From Antedon mediterranea (taxonomy: Eukaryota > Animalia > Echinodermata), in the NCBI RefSeq assembly GCF_964355755.1, contig NC_092674.1, positions 14,260,001 through 14,324,000 of the forward strand: a stretch of DNA of 64,000 bases, read 5' to 3'. The notes under the pieces were generated by a model. That model was not told the DNA's origin and made no database searches. It worked only from the letters and a program-made list of their open reading frames with translations. A program made the translations under genes and the position numbers. This document shows, piece by piece, positions 1 through 14,117 of the stretch. Within the stretch, counting starts at the first letter, position 1; each line of letters starts with the position of its first letter.

Positions 1-578
1 ACCTTGCACAATTTGAATATTGATTCGAATTACCAAAGAAAATCGTCAATGAATTTCAAATTGCATAATTTGTTCAAATCGCGTATCAGAAATACATTAA
101 TAAAATAATATAAAGCAGCAAGCAGCGACCACGTGTCAGTCCTGCATACCCTGACATTCGGATTCTGTCAAAAACAGATTATTTTAGCATGTAGGCCTAT
201 ATAATGTAATACTATATCTTGAAAACATTGTTAGAAAACCCGTGACTATTTAGAATTAGATTATCATTTTAATAAACGATTTTTGGTTGAACAAAAATGA
301 TTTGCACATTTTTAGAATTTCATTTTGTACATTTAACGTCAACACTGATCGATTTTACATTTAACGGCGGGGGATGTTTGCACATTAGTGTATTATACAT
401 TTTTACAGATTTGCATATTTGAGGGTGTAATGTTGGCACAAATGTGGTTGTACATCCTGGCAACACAAATAATCTGTAATATGATGTTATTACTAGCATG
501 TCCTTCTTTCAATTATATTTTTTTTAAACCACACTGAATTATATAGCACCACTTAATAATACTGTTTGTAGCACTTAC

Positions 579-677
579 ATTGTTTGGAAGATCCAATTTA
601 GCACCTGCCTTGAGAAAAATAGTGCAAGCATCTGTGTGGCCCTCTTGTGCAGCCACATATAAAGGTGACGATCCTTT
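579..677 (-). CDS. Ankyrin-repeat exon (33 aa, phase 0/0) of a multi-exon host gene
   Basis: 99 nt between a CAG acceptor (678-680) and a GTAAGT donor (573-578); translates KGSSPLYVAAQEGHTDACTIFLKAGAKLDLPNN, one ankyrin repeat. Confidence 0.9.
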
Positions 678-1342
678 CTGAAATATTACAAACATTATTT
701 AGTATTTTTTCATTCTAAAACAATCTATTTAATATTGTGCTGAAATAAATTTGGATTTAAATAATGCTACGTTGTTAAATTAAATAAAGATTATTAAACT
801 CTGGTATTTTCTTAATAATATATAATAATGATAATAATGTATTTTATACGTATACATCTGTCTTTCTTTATAGTACATTTTTATAGTACTGTATAAATGT
901 AAGACAAATAAGGGATTTTTTTTGCCTGAAAAATAAGCACTAGTGCTAATATAGTCTGAGTGTAAATTAAGATAAAGTGACGTTTGAACTGGCAGTTACA
1001 GCTAAAAATATATCTAGGAACCACATTCTTTTAGGTGACACATTTGGACTGCTAAATTCTTACCATTGGTTTCATTTTACCGTTACTTGGAGGAGATATA
1101 TTTTTTTTTTATGTTTTAAAAAATCGAATGGAAATCTCGATTTATTAATATCCATTTATTGTATCATTGGCATAAAATGCAGTTTTGATCTGTACAGCAC
1201 AATACAATGCAAAAACAGAAAACTGAAAAACAACGACACATCATTTTACTAACATCCAGTGCCCTAATAGTCCAGTAAATAGGGTGAACCTAGAACAAAT
1301 TGCAACAGAATTTTGTTTTGTTTTGTCTGGTAAATATGGTTC

Positions 1343-2170
1343 AAATGAATATCATATCCAAAGTTTACCAAAATCGGACATCGCGAAGTGGGTTAATTAG
1401 CATAAATTCAAAATGGCCGCCATTTGCTATTTTGAAGCCTCATATCTCTCTAACGGTTTGATTTAGACCACCTAAGTGCATTACGAGTAGATATAAATGT
1501 GATATTAAACATTCTAATGAGCATATTTAAATTCCCATTTGACGTACCAATGACGTCATATGGTAGTTGTGACGTCATATATTATGTTATAACTGTTTAA
1601 ATGACATTATACTATGCGAACAATTTAGGAACTGCAAGAAAACATGTTTCTTGACATTTTCCTTGTTGAAATGAACATTATTTCCAAAGTTTACCAAAAT
1701 CGGACGTCAGGAAGTGGGTTAATTAGCATACATTCAAAATGGCCGCTATTTACTATATCATTTTGAAGCCCTATATCTCCTTAATGGTGGTTTTAGACCA
1801 CCAAAGTGCATTGCGAGTAGATATAAATGTGACATTAAACTTTCCAATTAACACATTTAAATTACCATATGACAAAAACATGACGTCATAAGGTAGTTGT
1901 GACGTCATATATTATGTTATAACTGCTTAAATGGCATTATCCCATGCTAAAAAATGTAGAAACTGCAGAAAAACAATTGTCTAACAATTTCCTGTTGAAA
2001 TGAACATGATATCCTAAGTTCACCAAAATCAGACTTCAAGAAGGGGGTAAATAAGCATAAATTCAAAATGACTGCTATTTACTATACCATTTTGAAGCCC
2101 TGTATCTCCTTAGCGGTTGGGCCGGGTTTAGACAGCCTATTTGCATTACGAGTAGATATATATGTAAAAA
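1343..2170. repeat. Diverged tandem repeat, ~327-bp unit, ~2.5 copies (probably the internal array of a non-autonomous DNA element)
   Basis: AAATGAA..CCAAAGTTTACCAAAATCGGAC..AATTAGCATAAATTCAAAATGGCCGC block recurs at ~1343, ~1669 and ~1998. Confidence 0.8.
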
Positions 2171-3145
2171 CCGTTGAAATTTATCATTAAGTTTCCATTT
2201 ACAAAATCTTAAGAAAATAGTTATTCTACAGAACCGTATATGAAAGGTCAAATGTATTTCCGAAACTGATTTGTACTCAAGCGCGCGCACATCTTGTTTT
2301 GTGTTTACTAAAACTACATCTTTTAGAACTTTATCTCTTTAAATTGGTAAAGGAATAAAAAAAATTGTAATGAGGCGATTGTTTGTTGGTCAGGCTATTC
2401 AAACCCATCATTCCCACAAACTCATCTCAATTCCCCAACTGAAAATTTAGATGATACATGCAATGATAAATGTCATACTGTAGTTTTCGGTATAGTCAGC
2501 ATCTCCATTCTGCTCTTTCTAAGTTGCTATTTCATTGCATCTGTTTGGTGTCGATCATTTATGAGACAACAACTTTTTATGATGTTTTATATAATGTTTA
2601 TCTTTTGAATGATGTTTCCAAGATTTGTTCTAATGTAATACAAATTATAAAACTGTCAATAAACCCCTAATTTTGACCTTTGACATATAGCCGGCACAAA
2701 TATTTTTGGCTTGGAGCACACTTTTCATATCTCAGAAATTGTTGGGCGGATATGGTCATAGTTGCTGTCAAAATACTCAGAAGATACATATTTCTATTCA
2801 CTTTAATGGACAACTTTTACCATAAATGACCATGAAACTTTATTTTTGATCATTGGTCAAGAAAATGGCCATATCATTATCTCAGCAACCACTAATCAGA
2901 AAGTTATTATTTTAGTCTCAAATTACTCACAATATATATAATTATATGTTATATGTTTTGGTTAACGTTTTTCATTGACGCTATTTTTCAGAAATAAGGT
3001 TCTCGACGCACGTAACTAAAGTTTTTCGTAATGCTTGCGCACGCACAGATCAAGTTGTTTACAAAGTGGGCGGAGCTTGGAAAATAGCGTTAACGTGCAT
3101 GTGCGAAAACTCCCTATATGAGAAGATAAGAACATTATGTTGTAA

Positions 3146-3316
3146 AGCCTGTTTTCCACTAGGCGAAATTATTAGCGCAAATCAAACATTTTCGCGTATA
3201 CGCGCACGCCCAATGGAGCACGTTGTTGATAAAAATAAACTGCGCATGCGCGCGTATAATGCAAAAAATGTTCAATTCGCGCGAATAAATTCACCTTGTG
3301 GAAAACATAACAGGCT
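3146..3316. mobile_element. Small PIF/Harbinger-like MITE
   Basis: Ends AGCCTGTTTTCCACTAGGCGAA / TTCACCTTGTGGAAAAC(ATAAC)AGGCT are imperfect inverted repeats; flanks TAA and TGA. Confidence 0.55.
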
Positions 3317-5434
3317 TGATGAAGCTAAGCGAGTTATAATGTTGAGCTCAGATAGTAATTGCTTAATTTCATCATGGGTTAGTCGTTTAAATTTTACTAG
3401 AAATTTATTTTTAGTTTGTGTTTATATTAAAACGTAATTCCAAATTATTCAGGACCTTTCAGTTTACCTTTAAAGTTTGTTTCTCGTAGTAAAATTTACC
3501 TTAAATCTGCAAATAGAGAACAATAGGTACATCTGATTGATCTTGCCGACAGATAAAATCTTTGAATTTCTTACAACTTTGTGGCTCTGCCGCGGAGCGC
3601 AAAATAGTTTCCCCAAATTGTTTTTACTTGATTCATAAATATTAGTATCTAAACTTTAGATTGATGATTTTTTTATTAAAAAATAATTTGTCGCACATGA
3701 AAAAAAACGCGTTTGTTTTTACCCTACTTTTTAAGAGTTTTATATATGCTAATTAGTAATTAATTAGTAAAAATCTTAGAATTTCATCAAATTATTTGAA
3801 ACTTTACTTAATTATTGTCAAGATGCTAGTTAATGTAAGTCTAAAATATTAAAACGCTAGGTAACTACGTTTGGCTTCCAGAGGCTGTTAAACTTAATAT
3901 AAATTATACACCAAAAATTAACAAAATTGGCCGAAAATCGTTATTTTTCGATTTTCTCGAAAACTTAGCGATATTTTAGCAAACAAACTACACATCAGGT
4001 TTACTTACATCAAGGTCTACCAATGTGCAAAATATGAGGCAATTCGAAATTTTGACCCTTGCCACTAAATTACGAATATGTCTGATTTTTGGTGACAAGC
4101 ACTCTTAAATAGCTGATAATCAGAGATGTGCGCGCGTGCAATTTAACCATCTAAATGAATATTTATTTACTAAAGCTAAAATTATGTTTTCTATTAGAGA
4201 AACTTTGTTGTTATGGGAACATACTAAGTGGTTGGTGTAACTTCACACTAACGATATATTTAATCATTACATTAATTAGTCTCCTTTACATAGACCTTTG
4301 TCATAGGCGATGATTTAAAATTCAGATAGTTTTAGTATTGATATTATGTTACTGAGGTGTAGTAGTATGCTACATGCAATGTGGATTGTTGAACATTTTA
4401 ATTTATTGATGATAAAAGTATATTATTATTGTAACCGAATTTGTCATGATTTACGATGAATTTAAATTAGTTTTTCCATCATGTTATGAGGTATAGTAGT
4501 ATTATATTATTATTGTAACTGAATTAACATTGTTAAAGTTTTATAGAATACTGGTAAAATACTGGTAAGTAATGTCCCACACTCCACACTAAACATGGCC
4601 ATGCATTTAATACAGAACATTGTATTACATTGACAGGTCAGAATGTTATAATGTACTTGGTATTTAAACTATACTAAATGACCAAATAGTGACATACACT
4701 TTTGTCAAATCATTCCCTGATTTGAATCGTTGGATAGATTTAAACTATATGAAACTATTTTAACAATAATATTGTTTGTACATTATACGTATGATGTAGT
4801 AATTCTTTGTTTGTCACTGAAAGTAATGGTAATGTATAATTTGTAAAGTGTCCCATATCGTATCTTTATGTGTTGTCAGTATGCTGTTATTTACGTACCT
4901 ATAGAGCAATACCTTCCCCGCGATTATGTGTACATTTAATGAAGAAAGAACAAAACTTAAAACTGTTACGTAAAAAAGGCGAGCGGCGTTTATTGTAAGT
5001 AATATTTTAGATGAATTAATATTATCAACATGCACAAGTACCTTAAATTGAATTCTACAATGTAAAGGATTCCAATGAAAACAAAAATGGTCCTGCTCTA
5101 AAACGTAGTGACAACTCAAATACAAGTTATTTGGTAAGATCTTGCTTGAAGGTATCCATTGCTTTAAAAGACAACGAAGTAAACTATCTTTGATAACTGA
5201 CTTCCCAAAGTCAATATTAACCTTGACAAGGCACCGGTGTTCCGAACCATAATTATGTGAGAGGTACGACCGCCATGCAGTTATCGACAGTACAGTCATC
5301 CTCGCTACAAATTACAGTATCTATAATATGACCCGCATTGTGGTTGGTTTATTTACCTATATTATTACCGGCACGCCCATTAAATCACACTGAATTATAT
5401 AGCACCAGTTATTAATAATATTTGTAACACTTAC

Positions 5435-5533
5435 ATTGTTTGGAAGATCCACTTTAGCACCTGCCTTGAGCAAAATAGTGCAAACGTCTGTGTGGCCCTC
5501 TAGTGCAGCTACATTTAAAGGTGACCATCCATT
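5435..5533 (-). CDS. Ankyrin-repeat exon (33 aa, phase 0/0), paralogous to 579-677
   Basis: CAG acceptor 5534-5536, GTAAGT donor ending 5434; NGWSPLNVAALEGHTDVCTILLKAGAKVDLPNN; flanking intron sequence also resembles the first copy. Confidence 0.9.
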
Positions 5534-7138
5534 CTGAAATAATAACAAACATCATGTTATAGAAGTAGTAGTATAGTCTTCTACAAAAAGCTAATTAATA
5601 TTGTATTGAAATTGTTTCGATGTGATCAAGTAAAACTAGCTTAAAAGCCAGGTGAGGGCAAACAAATTATTTTGATCTTGCATTCCAATATCTATAGTTT
5701 ACCCTATGTTTCACAATGTTTGTGATTTTATTTGTGTTACACGAGCTTGTTGAAAATATGCACTTTATTATCAGTGGTGGATAGTTCAAATTACAATAAA
5801 ATCTCTATTCATTTGTACACAAATGTTGTAAATAGAGAGACAATTAAAAAAAATCTAAAAATAAACAGTGTGGTAAAAATGTTATCAGAGGACTAAATAT
5901 AGATAATACTTCATAGTTTTATTTTCATGCTATAGCAAAAATTATCCATCGTATATCCACCATCTTTTTTCACCTTCTATGGAGTCACCGGACATGTAAT
6001 TACACTAGGTTAAACTACTTAACTACTGCAAAAAGTCTTTCTGGTTTTTATAACAGAATGTTACCAAATTTTGTATTTCACCATTTTAAGAGAAATCCAT
6101 GTGTTTTCGTCTTGATATCTATTACTATATATTATTTGATTTATGTACAATTAACAAGATATTATATTTAAAATTCATGCCTGTATCTAAGCTTTAACTT
6201 AAATAAAGATTATTAACCTTTGATGTTTTCTTAAAGATAATGTATTGTGTATGCATGCATTTGTTTTGCTTGTATACTATTTTGTTATATAGTACGGTAC
6301 TTTTGTACGTAGCATTTATATACTACAAATTTGGTAAGAAATTGTGGTCCTTAATATGAAAGATGGCACTAGTTCTGCTGCTAGTTATTTTGCTACAATT
6401 ATCAAAGAACCTATAGATACAGTGCACTGATTGGGTAATAGAATAATGTAGTTTGATGACTACGGTTAGTGTAATTTTGCGACAGTTGAAAACTTCAACA
6501 TTTAAGTTTTTTTGTTGGAGATATTGATATACCCACTGTCATATCTTACTTCTTACTTGAATCTTACTTGAATCTTTGGGCTTTTAAACGCCCTCCATTT
6601 CTTCTGTATTAAACTAGAATTGGTAGTAGAATCTACCTCCCATTGCTCTCTCTTTGTTTAGGTGTTCCTTGAATGCATTAATGCATATGGAACTTTTAAA
6701 GTTAAAACAGCCCAAATCATATTATTATAATAAATAAAATACAAAATAGAAAAGTCATTAAAAAAAACATTCCCTAACAATCAGTGCTCTAAATGGTAAC
6801 AATTATTACGGAATCTATTTTTACGAGGAGTGATAGACCGCTTCCTTGAACTTAAAAAATGAGATGGTTTGAGTCTTGCAAAATCAAATGTGTTTTCTTA
6901 GTAAAGTGATCTCTAATCAATCAAATTGAAAGTATACGTGAAGCATAATTAGCAATACAGTTAAGTTCCAACTTATCCTTACATGTGGTCCCGGTAAACC
7001 ATGCAACAATGATAAAAGTGAGAATACTTTCAATGACCGATTTATAAAAAAGAAAGACGTAGGCCTGATGGGAGGTTTAACTTCAAAATATTTAAGTCTG
7101 TGCACAAAGTAAAAACGTTGAGCATGGGCCTTAGTAAT

Positions 7139-7693
7139 TATTCAGAACAAAATACACAAGTTCTGCCAATTGTTGCATCCACATGAGTACTGTATTTATT
7201 TGACATAGGCTTGCTAATGCGTGACGATAATCTAACGTGACGGTTACAATGTTCCTATATAATTACTTCTTTCTAGGAATTCTCCGCCACGCCCAAGTTC
7301 ACATATCACGATTAACTGAAAGTTTAACAAAACATCTATAAAGTAAAGACTCAATAGTTACTACAATAGTTTCATTAAGATGATATGCCTGCCTCCTAAT
7401 CTTATGTGTATATAAGTATACGCTTACCGAAAGTAGGCCTAAGCAACCAAAGTAATACACTAGCATCCCACTGATGTGTCCATTAACCACCATTGTCTTG
7501 TACTAACTGACTGACCTTGGCCACAGAACACAGTGAGCTAATTTGCATAATAATGCCACCTGTGAGCACTACTAACTAGCCAATCAGCAAAGAGTTACTC
7601 AAGTGGAACAATGAGCTAACTTGGCTTCATAGAGCCACACAATAAATAAAGTACAGTAAATTAATAGTAAAACTTCTTAATTTGGCCTTTACA
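7139..7693 (-). repeat. BEL/Pao 3' LTR (555 bp)
   Basis: Near-identical to 20096-20369 + 28351-28633; starts TGTAAAGG on the minus strand, directly after AAGGGGCCGG (7694-7703, polypurine tract). Confidence 0.93.
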
Positions 7694-8655
7694 CCGGCCC
7701 CTTAATTGTGAACCACAATTATCTATAACAAACTTGGCCAAATATATTCTTTTTCTTTAACAGAACAAATTAATTATTTAATTTAAAAGTTCTTTTTTCT
7801 TTAAGCATTTATAGTCCAGTCAATCTGATGATATACCCACCACAAATTGCAATAGTAACAAAGCAAGTATTTTTGAATTCCATATAAAGTGTAGAACGAC
7901 ATACTAAAAGTCACCGAAAATCCAAGCATTGGGTCAAGGGGTCAGAGGTCAATAAAGGTCATTTTAAATCAAAATTAATATGCCCAATTAATTACATATA
8001 TTTAACCATTTGAAATACATTATATACAAGTGTGATTTATGTGATCCGAAAGCTTATTAAATTTCCTATTCAGTGATATCAAACTTATAGTCATAACATT
8101 TTATTTAGCATGTCATTTTTGCGGAAAAACACAACATAATGTGTCAATTTTGGCTAAAAATGTTGTTTTCGCTGTAAACAACAATGGTATACACACAGGG
8201 ATACCCTGGGGTGAACATTTCAGTCCAAAGCGATACACATGACCAGCTCAAGATGCAGATGAGTTCCTGTTCCTTTTGCTTCTGGATGATCTACATTCCA
8301 TTTTTTCCAGATGGCATTTGTGTTGCCATGGTTACAGTATTTATATTGGGATGTGTAAGTATTTTAAAGATTTTTTAACCAGTAGAAATACAAAGATGTT
8401 CAACAGCAGTTTGACAATGACCTCCATGCTGTATGACGTTCGGACCATCTGGGCATGATTGTCAACAGACCTGGTGATTGAAAAGGTTTCTATGAGAAGC
8501 CTCAAAGAAACCAGAGGTTTGACAAGAGATTTAGGAATGAGTACATCCAGACCAAATCTGCGCTGAATGTAATGCCTCGCAATAGTATCAGGGCGTTACT
8601 CCAGCAGCGGCCAACATAAGAACCTATGGCCACACGTCAGGAACACAATAGCAAT

Positions 8656-10672
8656 CAGGCCCGTAACCAGGGGGGGGATCGGGGGGATCGTACGATCCCC
8701 CCCGCTGAACAGCGAGTTCCGCTTGGCCTCCCACTTTTTTTTTGCTGGGCATACTAACACAACACGACGATTGTTCACTACAGGCCTAGTCAAGCCTTAA
8801 TAAATTTAATTAATATATATATATATATTTTAACTAAAATATAAAAACCTAACACTAAAATTTACAAGATAAGTTCTATTTGATAACTGCTGAACATCGT
8901 GGTTCTGGAGCTAGCGAGCTGTACACAGAGCATAGTTGTTGTTTGGTTGACATAACAGGGTATTCCCCTACACAGGTCTCCGCGTGCGTGTGTGACGTGC
9001 CCAGCCAGCTGCTTGATAGAGAAAGCATGCAGCTCACACGGACGCAAGTGCAAGATGCAATGGTTGAGTGAATTCAGGAATCATCTTAATTCCATGGTTT
9101 TTTACCTAAACACCACATGATGGTGAATATGCCTGTTAAAGTCTCAATGATACGATCCCTAATGTACCATGTTGTTGCAAGGAGGCTTGAAAGGAGGAGG
9201 GATCTAGCCTAATTTCGGTCGGCAAGAGAATGCCGTCCTCTGACAATATAAGGTCGGCAATATTAAGGTCGGCAATTGAAATTCGTGAGCTGGAAATTAC
9301 ACCAACAATATAGTTCATAAACAAAAGAGAATAGCCGGAAATGCGATTTGCGGCCATAGGCCTATAGAGAAAAAAAATTCGAGGGTATGGTTCTAGCGGG
9401 GGCGTATTTTTTTAAAAAATTAAATAGATTTTAAAAACACGTATCGTTTCGACGGTCATCAATCACCGATGGTTTGCACATTTTCATAGTGAAAATAGTA
9501 CGTCGGAGCACATCGTCAGCTTGATTGCATTCCACCAAGCATGTAGGCCTACGTCGACATCCTTTGTGTACTATCAATCTCTAGCGACCAACGATCATTC
9601 ACAGTTAAGTGTAAAAGGAGCAAGTTGATAAAAGCCACGTGGTGAGCTTGGTCGCGTTCCACTAAGCAGGCGGCATCCTTTGTGATCGTCACTCCCGTAT
9701 TGTAGAGTAGCGGTACCTCAGACGATCAATAGAGTTGATGAAGCCACATGGTCAGTGCTACTATACTACGCGCCCATTTATTAAGTACACTAAAAACAAA
9801 GGCTAGGACTGTATGCCTATGAAAATTATCCCGTTAGGGCTAAATTTTATTAAAACGTATTACTATTAAAATATTAACAATGCTGCAGCATTTCATGACC
9901 CTTGTTGTTTTATTTGCTTTCCCGTCGATGATTCTCATAAACACATCGCGATGACATCATGACAAAAGAGGTGTTTTGTTTTTTTCAAATCACTAAATAT
10001 AATGTAATCGAGCCGGACCGCTAATTTTTAAACGATCGTTTAAACCAGGTCGTTGAATATGCCGTGATTTTAATTGTCAAAAACATGATCGTCAGTCGAT
10101 GGCTCGGAGTTTCGATATTAATCTCGCGTCGCATGTGTTGCGTGGTGAAAACAAGTTTGCTGCATGAGACTCTGAGACGACCCGCTTTAACGTGACGTCA
10201 TTTTACTTTAGCTGCATGCGAAGTATAGTGACCGCGATCGACCCGGCGCGCGTGTAAAAAAATAATACCGGCCTAGACTAGGGCAAGTTTATAATATAAA
10301 GGTGAAAAACATCGTCGCGTTGTAAAAATTTAGATGTAAAGTACAGGCAAGTTGTTAGCTTGCTTTTGGTACCCTAGGTAAGTATCAGCTGCATATTCCA
10401 CATGTCGTAATTTGCGAGCTTTAGAGTGTTTGGTAAATGACATTATGAGATGTTTGTAAATCGTTTTAAACGACTTACAATGCGCTAGAACGCCAAAATT
10501 TCCAGGGGTCGTCGGCCCCTGGATCCCTTGGCGGCCCCCTGGCCCCCAGCCAATGTTTGCTCGCTTCGCTCGCAAAGCTACGCCACCCCTATTTCAATAT
10601 CCTGGATCCGCCCCTGGGTTCCACTAAACAACTTAACGATCCACCCCGCCGTCAAACCTGGTTACGGCCCTG
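8656..10672. mobile_element. Non-autonomous hAT-like element with a 5-bp TSD
   Basis: TIRs CAGGCCCGTAACCAGG / CCTGGTTACGGCCCTG; GCAAT duplicated at 8651-8655 and 10673-10677. Confidence 0.8.
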
Positions 10673-10677
10673 GCAAT

Positions 10678-12030
10678 TGAAAAATCCATTTGGTTACGAC
10701 TCAGAGACTTCATACCATTGACACGGGAGTTACTGCAGGTGACTCGGAATATTGGCAATGTGGTATTAAGCATTTTGGACGGATGTTAGGCCAGAAAGTC
10801 TTGCAATGTATTCAAGATCCTGGCAATAAAGTACATACAGGCAAATATGTGTGCATCGATCCTACAGTTCCAGAGGAGACTCGAGGTGACAACAAGGAAG
10901 TTTTTGAACATGAACTTATCCACCAGCACTTTTTGAAACAACCAACTTACAATACTTTCAGCTAATAAACCAACATGATGCAATGTGGAAACAATGAATA
11001 GTCTAACACATCCAACTCACTGAATCATGTCCAGTAGGCCTACATTCTAGATGGTAGTGCTCTATTGCACAGCATTCCATGGAATATTGTAGAGACTTAT
11101 GATGCGATCTGTAAAAAAATATTGCTCTGCCATCAGTCTTTGATGATTATGAAAGCGGCTCATCCACCAAAGACGGCGCACATGGTAAGGCGGGTCAGGT
11201 GGTAGTATCCCTGTACATTTTACCAGTGACATGTTCCACAAAATAGGATCACTTTCTGTAACAAACAACAATTTATAAATCTTCGTAATTAGTATTTGAA
11301 CAAAATGGCAATGAGTGAATGCAGCTGCTGATGCAGATTTCGGATAGTACAAAAAACCATTGAATCAGCAAACAGGAAAACATCTGTCATTATCCGATGA
11401 CACGGATCTATCTAGTGCTCCTCTCTGCAGTACAGCATTTAAAACATCTTGTGATATTCTTTAGACTGGAACTGAGATGCTGGACTATCAAACTGGTTCA
11501 AACAGTACTTTTGAGAGACATCTGTGATAACCCTCTGTTTGCTCATGCGATACTGGTGACAAAACATCCAGAGTTCGGAATTGGAAAACAAGTGGCTCTA
11601 AAAAAAGCTTGTCATTGCACTTATTTATGACATTATGCTGTAGTCTTCAGATGCAAACAAGCTACAAAGGATGACATTGTGGTTGCTAGAGAAAATGATT
11701 TAGTGTGTCTGTACAAGGGACGACCTGGACAACGTGGAATGCCTTTGACTCCATCCCATCTACAAGTACAACTTCGCATATATAACTTCATAATCGTACC
11801 ACAACCAAGGTACATAACATCATGTTCAAGTTAAAGTTCAAGTTATCTTTTAGCAATGGAGTGGGGTTGATATGTGTACTGAGGATTGGGGATGGAAGAT
11901 CAGATGATGGAAACATGGTTCCTCTACACACAGACTTAAAGCCAGCACCTGAGTATCTCCTTGAAGCCTTCAGGGGTAACTATAACTACATGTGGTGAAT
12001 GCAACGGCATTGCACTGTACTGATACCCGA
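10678..12030 (+). pseudogene. Frameshifted Academ transposase C-terminal region (XPG/PIN-like nuclease plus Cys-rich tail)
   Basis: Fragments in shifting frames: VFEHEL, LDGSALLHSIPW, FDDY, DAD, DDTDL, LFAHAIL, GIGK, WGW, PLHTDLKPAPEYLL, CGEC; a further remnant probably lies at ~8200-8650. Confidence 0.7.
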
Positions 12031-12099
12031 ACAAGAAAGTGATACTGATGACATAGTTGTGAGTCCTTTTCTATTTGAAGGATTAAACAATATCATCCC

Positions 12100-12760
12100 A
12101 CACGGGGCAATTCAATTGAAAAGGTCTGGATTAAAATGATCTTACAAGATATACAAAAATATCACAATACACAGTACAATATAACAAGAGTCAAAGTTCA
12201 AGAATTTAAGAGTCGGGTGGCAACTGGCAAAAAAGAATTTCTTTTACGGTGTGTTCTACATGCCGGGCATCGAAAGCGACGCCAATGAGGCATGAGCTCA
12301 AAATCACTGAACAAGGCATGGTTAACATTTTTTAGAATAGCTCTACTGCATCTCACAGAAGGAAGATAAGCTATGAGGTTGAGAACCTATTAATTTAGAA
12401 CTTAAATTAAAAATTCTTTATAGTGAGTTTCTCTCTTTGACCCTAAGACTAAAAAAACAGCATATAAAGTAAAGCAGTTAAAACGTTCTCAATAAAAGAA
12501 TTATAAAAACCCTGAGAATTACTTCGACATTAAAATGGTTCAGCTCCCTTAACAGATAAAGTCTTTGACTTTGCCCTTTCTTTACTATTGCCTCTGTATT
12601 TAATTCCCAGCTGAGATTGTCCTAGATATTTAAAGGAATGGACAATTTTGCTGGTTCGTCATTTATGAGGGATACCAGAGGGCTGCGTCCTTTCTCCTTC
12701 CTAAAATCTACAATCATCTCCTTGGTTTTGGTCACATTGAGTTCCATCTTATGCGGAACC
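12100..12760 (-). mobile_element. 5'-truncated LINE fragment (CR1-group, L2/Rex1-like RT C-terminus)
   Basis: MELNVTKTKEMIVDFRK followed in other frames by YLG, LSW, QRLYLLREL and RRFRCP; frameshifted. Confidence 0.75.
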
Positions 12761-13039
12761 ATGACCGTCCTGTGAATTTTTAAGGAGAGACAGCAAGACA
12801 GTGCCGTCAGCAAATTTGACAAGATGACTATTGTCCTGTTTGCTGCGACAGTCATCCGTGTATATAATATACAGGAGAGGAGAAAGGACGCAACCATGGG
12901 GAGATCCAATACTTGTCATTACGTACATTCGTTGATACTAAAATCATAAAAAATCTATCTATAGTAAATCATGAGTTGATTCCAAATTATCAAGACTCAT
13001 TAATTAATCAGCAATAGTACATACCGCTAATGAATTTCA

Positions 13040-13930
13040 ATGTTCTTCTAGCTAGCATCATTTTTCCTATTTCATGACGATACAATAGGTACAGGAAAAA
13101 CATTATTTGCACCAAATACTTCCAATATATAAATAAACATAATTTAGGTTTACGCTATTTTAAGAAAATTTTCGTAAAAGGTCACTGACCTCTATAGTTA
13201 CATAACAACTGTTGTATCAATTAGTTTTTAGAGTAAGAAATACATATTATACACATTTGTAGTTATTTAGATGTTATTGGCAGGCATAAATGTTACCTCT
13301 AAACACAAGTTTCATCAAATGCATCGGCAATTATGGAATAAGACATTGCAGTTAATAATTTTGTTAGGAAAAATTTGAGTTTTTGTAAAAGGTCAATGAC
13401 CTTTTGACCTCTAGTTACGTATAACTGTTGTATTAATTGTTTTTTTTATGTATATTAGTAGGATATATATACTATACACATTGGTACTAAAGCTATTTAG
13501 ATATGATTATAAAATAATGGATTATAGGCATAAACGCTACCCCCTACCACAAAATTGTTTACATTACATTTGATCAAGAATCAATTTTAATAAGAATAGT
13601 ACATCATTACTTTTAAAATTCTTCTAGTTAACATCAGGTTTCCTATTTTATATATCGATAGGTACAGAAAAAACACAATTTTGATTAAATGCATCCACAA
13701 TTATGGCATTACAGTTAATCATTTTTTTATGGAAAAAAATGAGTTTTTGTAAAAGGTCAATAACCTTTTGACCTCTAGTTATATAAATAGGTGTTGTATT
13801 TTGTTTTTTTAAATTGCATATTAGAAAGAAATATATATTCTACACTATTCTACATTGATATCAAGATTATTGAGATTGGATTATAAAACCACAAGTTATG
13901 GGCATAAATGTTACCCCCTACCCCAAAAAT
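13040..13930. repeat. Subterminal direct repeats near the Academ right end
   Basis: GTAAAAGGTCA..GACCTCTA..AGTTA-type block at ~13175, ~13385 and ~13750; TTCTTCTAG..ATAGGTACAG block at ~13043 and ~13619. Confidence 0.65.
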
Positions 13931-14117
13931 ATTTACGGAATAAAATCGCTATATAGTTGTTGAGATTACGTAAAAAAAAATGTGTTCCAATGCTTCAATT
14001 TTCGGTGACTTTTAATATGTCATTCTAAAGTACATTTGGAATGAAAAAATCAATGTTTCGTTACTATTGCAATTTGTGGTCGGTTTACCTCTAAATATCA
14101 CTAGATTGACTGGAATA

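Larger units (their letters stand above)
7812..14117 (+). mobile_element. Decayed Academ-type DNA transposon inserted at the BEL pol stop codon
   Basis: Diverged ~120-bp TIRs starting TA(G/T)TCCAGTCAATCT and sharing CCACAAATTGCAATAGTAAC and AAAGTCACCGAAAA; 3-bp TSD TTA (7809-7811, 14118-14120); internal Academ-like coding remnants. Confidence 0.8.

Noticed and set aside
3950-4108. Possible Kolobok-like end (…GCACTCTTAA)
   Set aside because: No matching opposite TIR found
4814-5299. 161-aa ORF next to the ankyrin exon
   Set aside because: No motif, lies in an intron, not preserved at the paralogous position
7191-7693. Alternative canonical TGTA...TACA LTR boundary
   Set aside because: Identity between the copies extends to 7139/20096 and the GTAAT TSD abuts 7139
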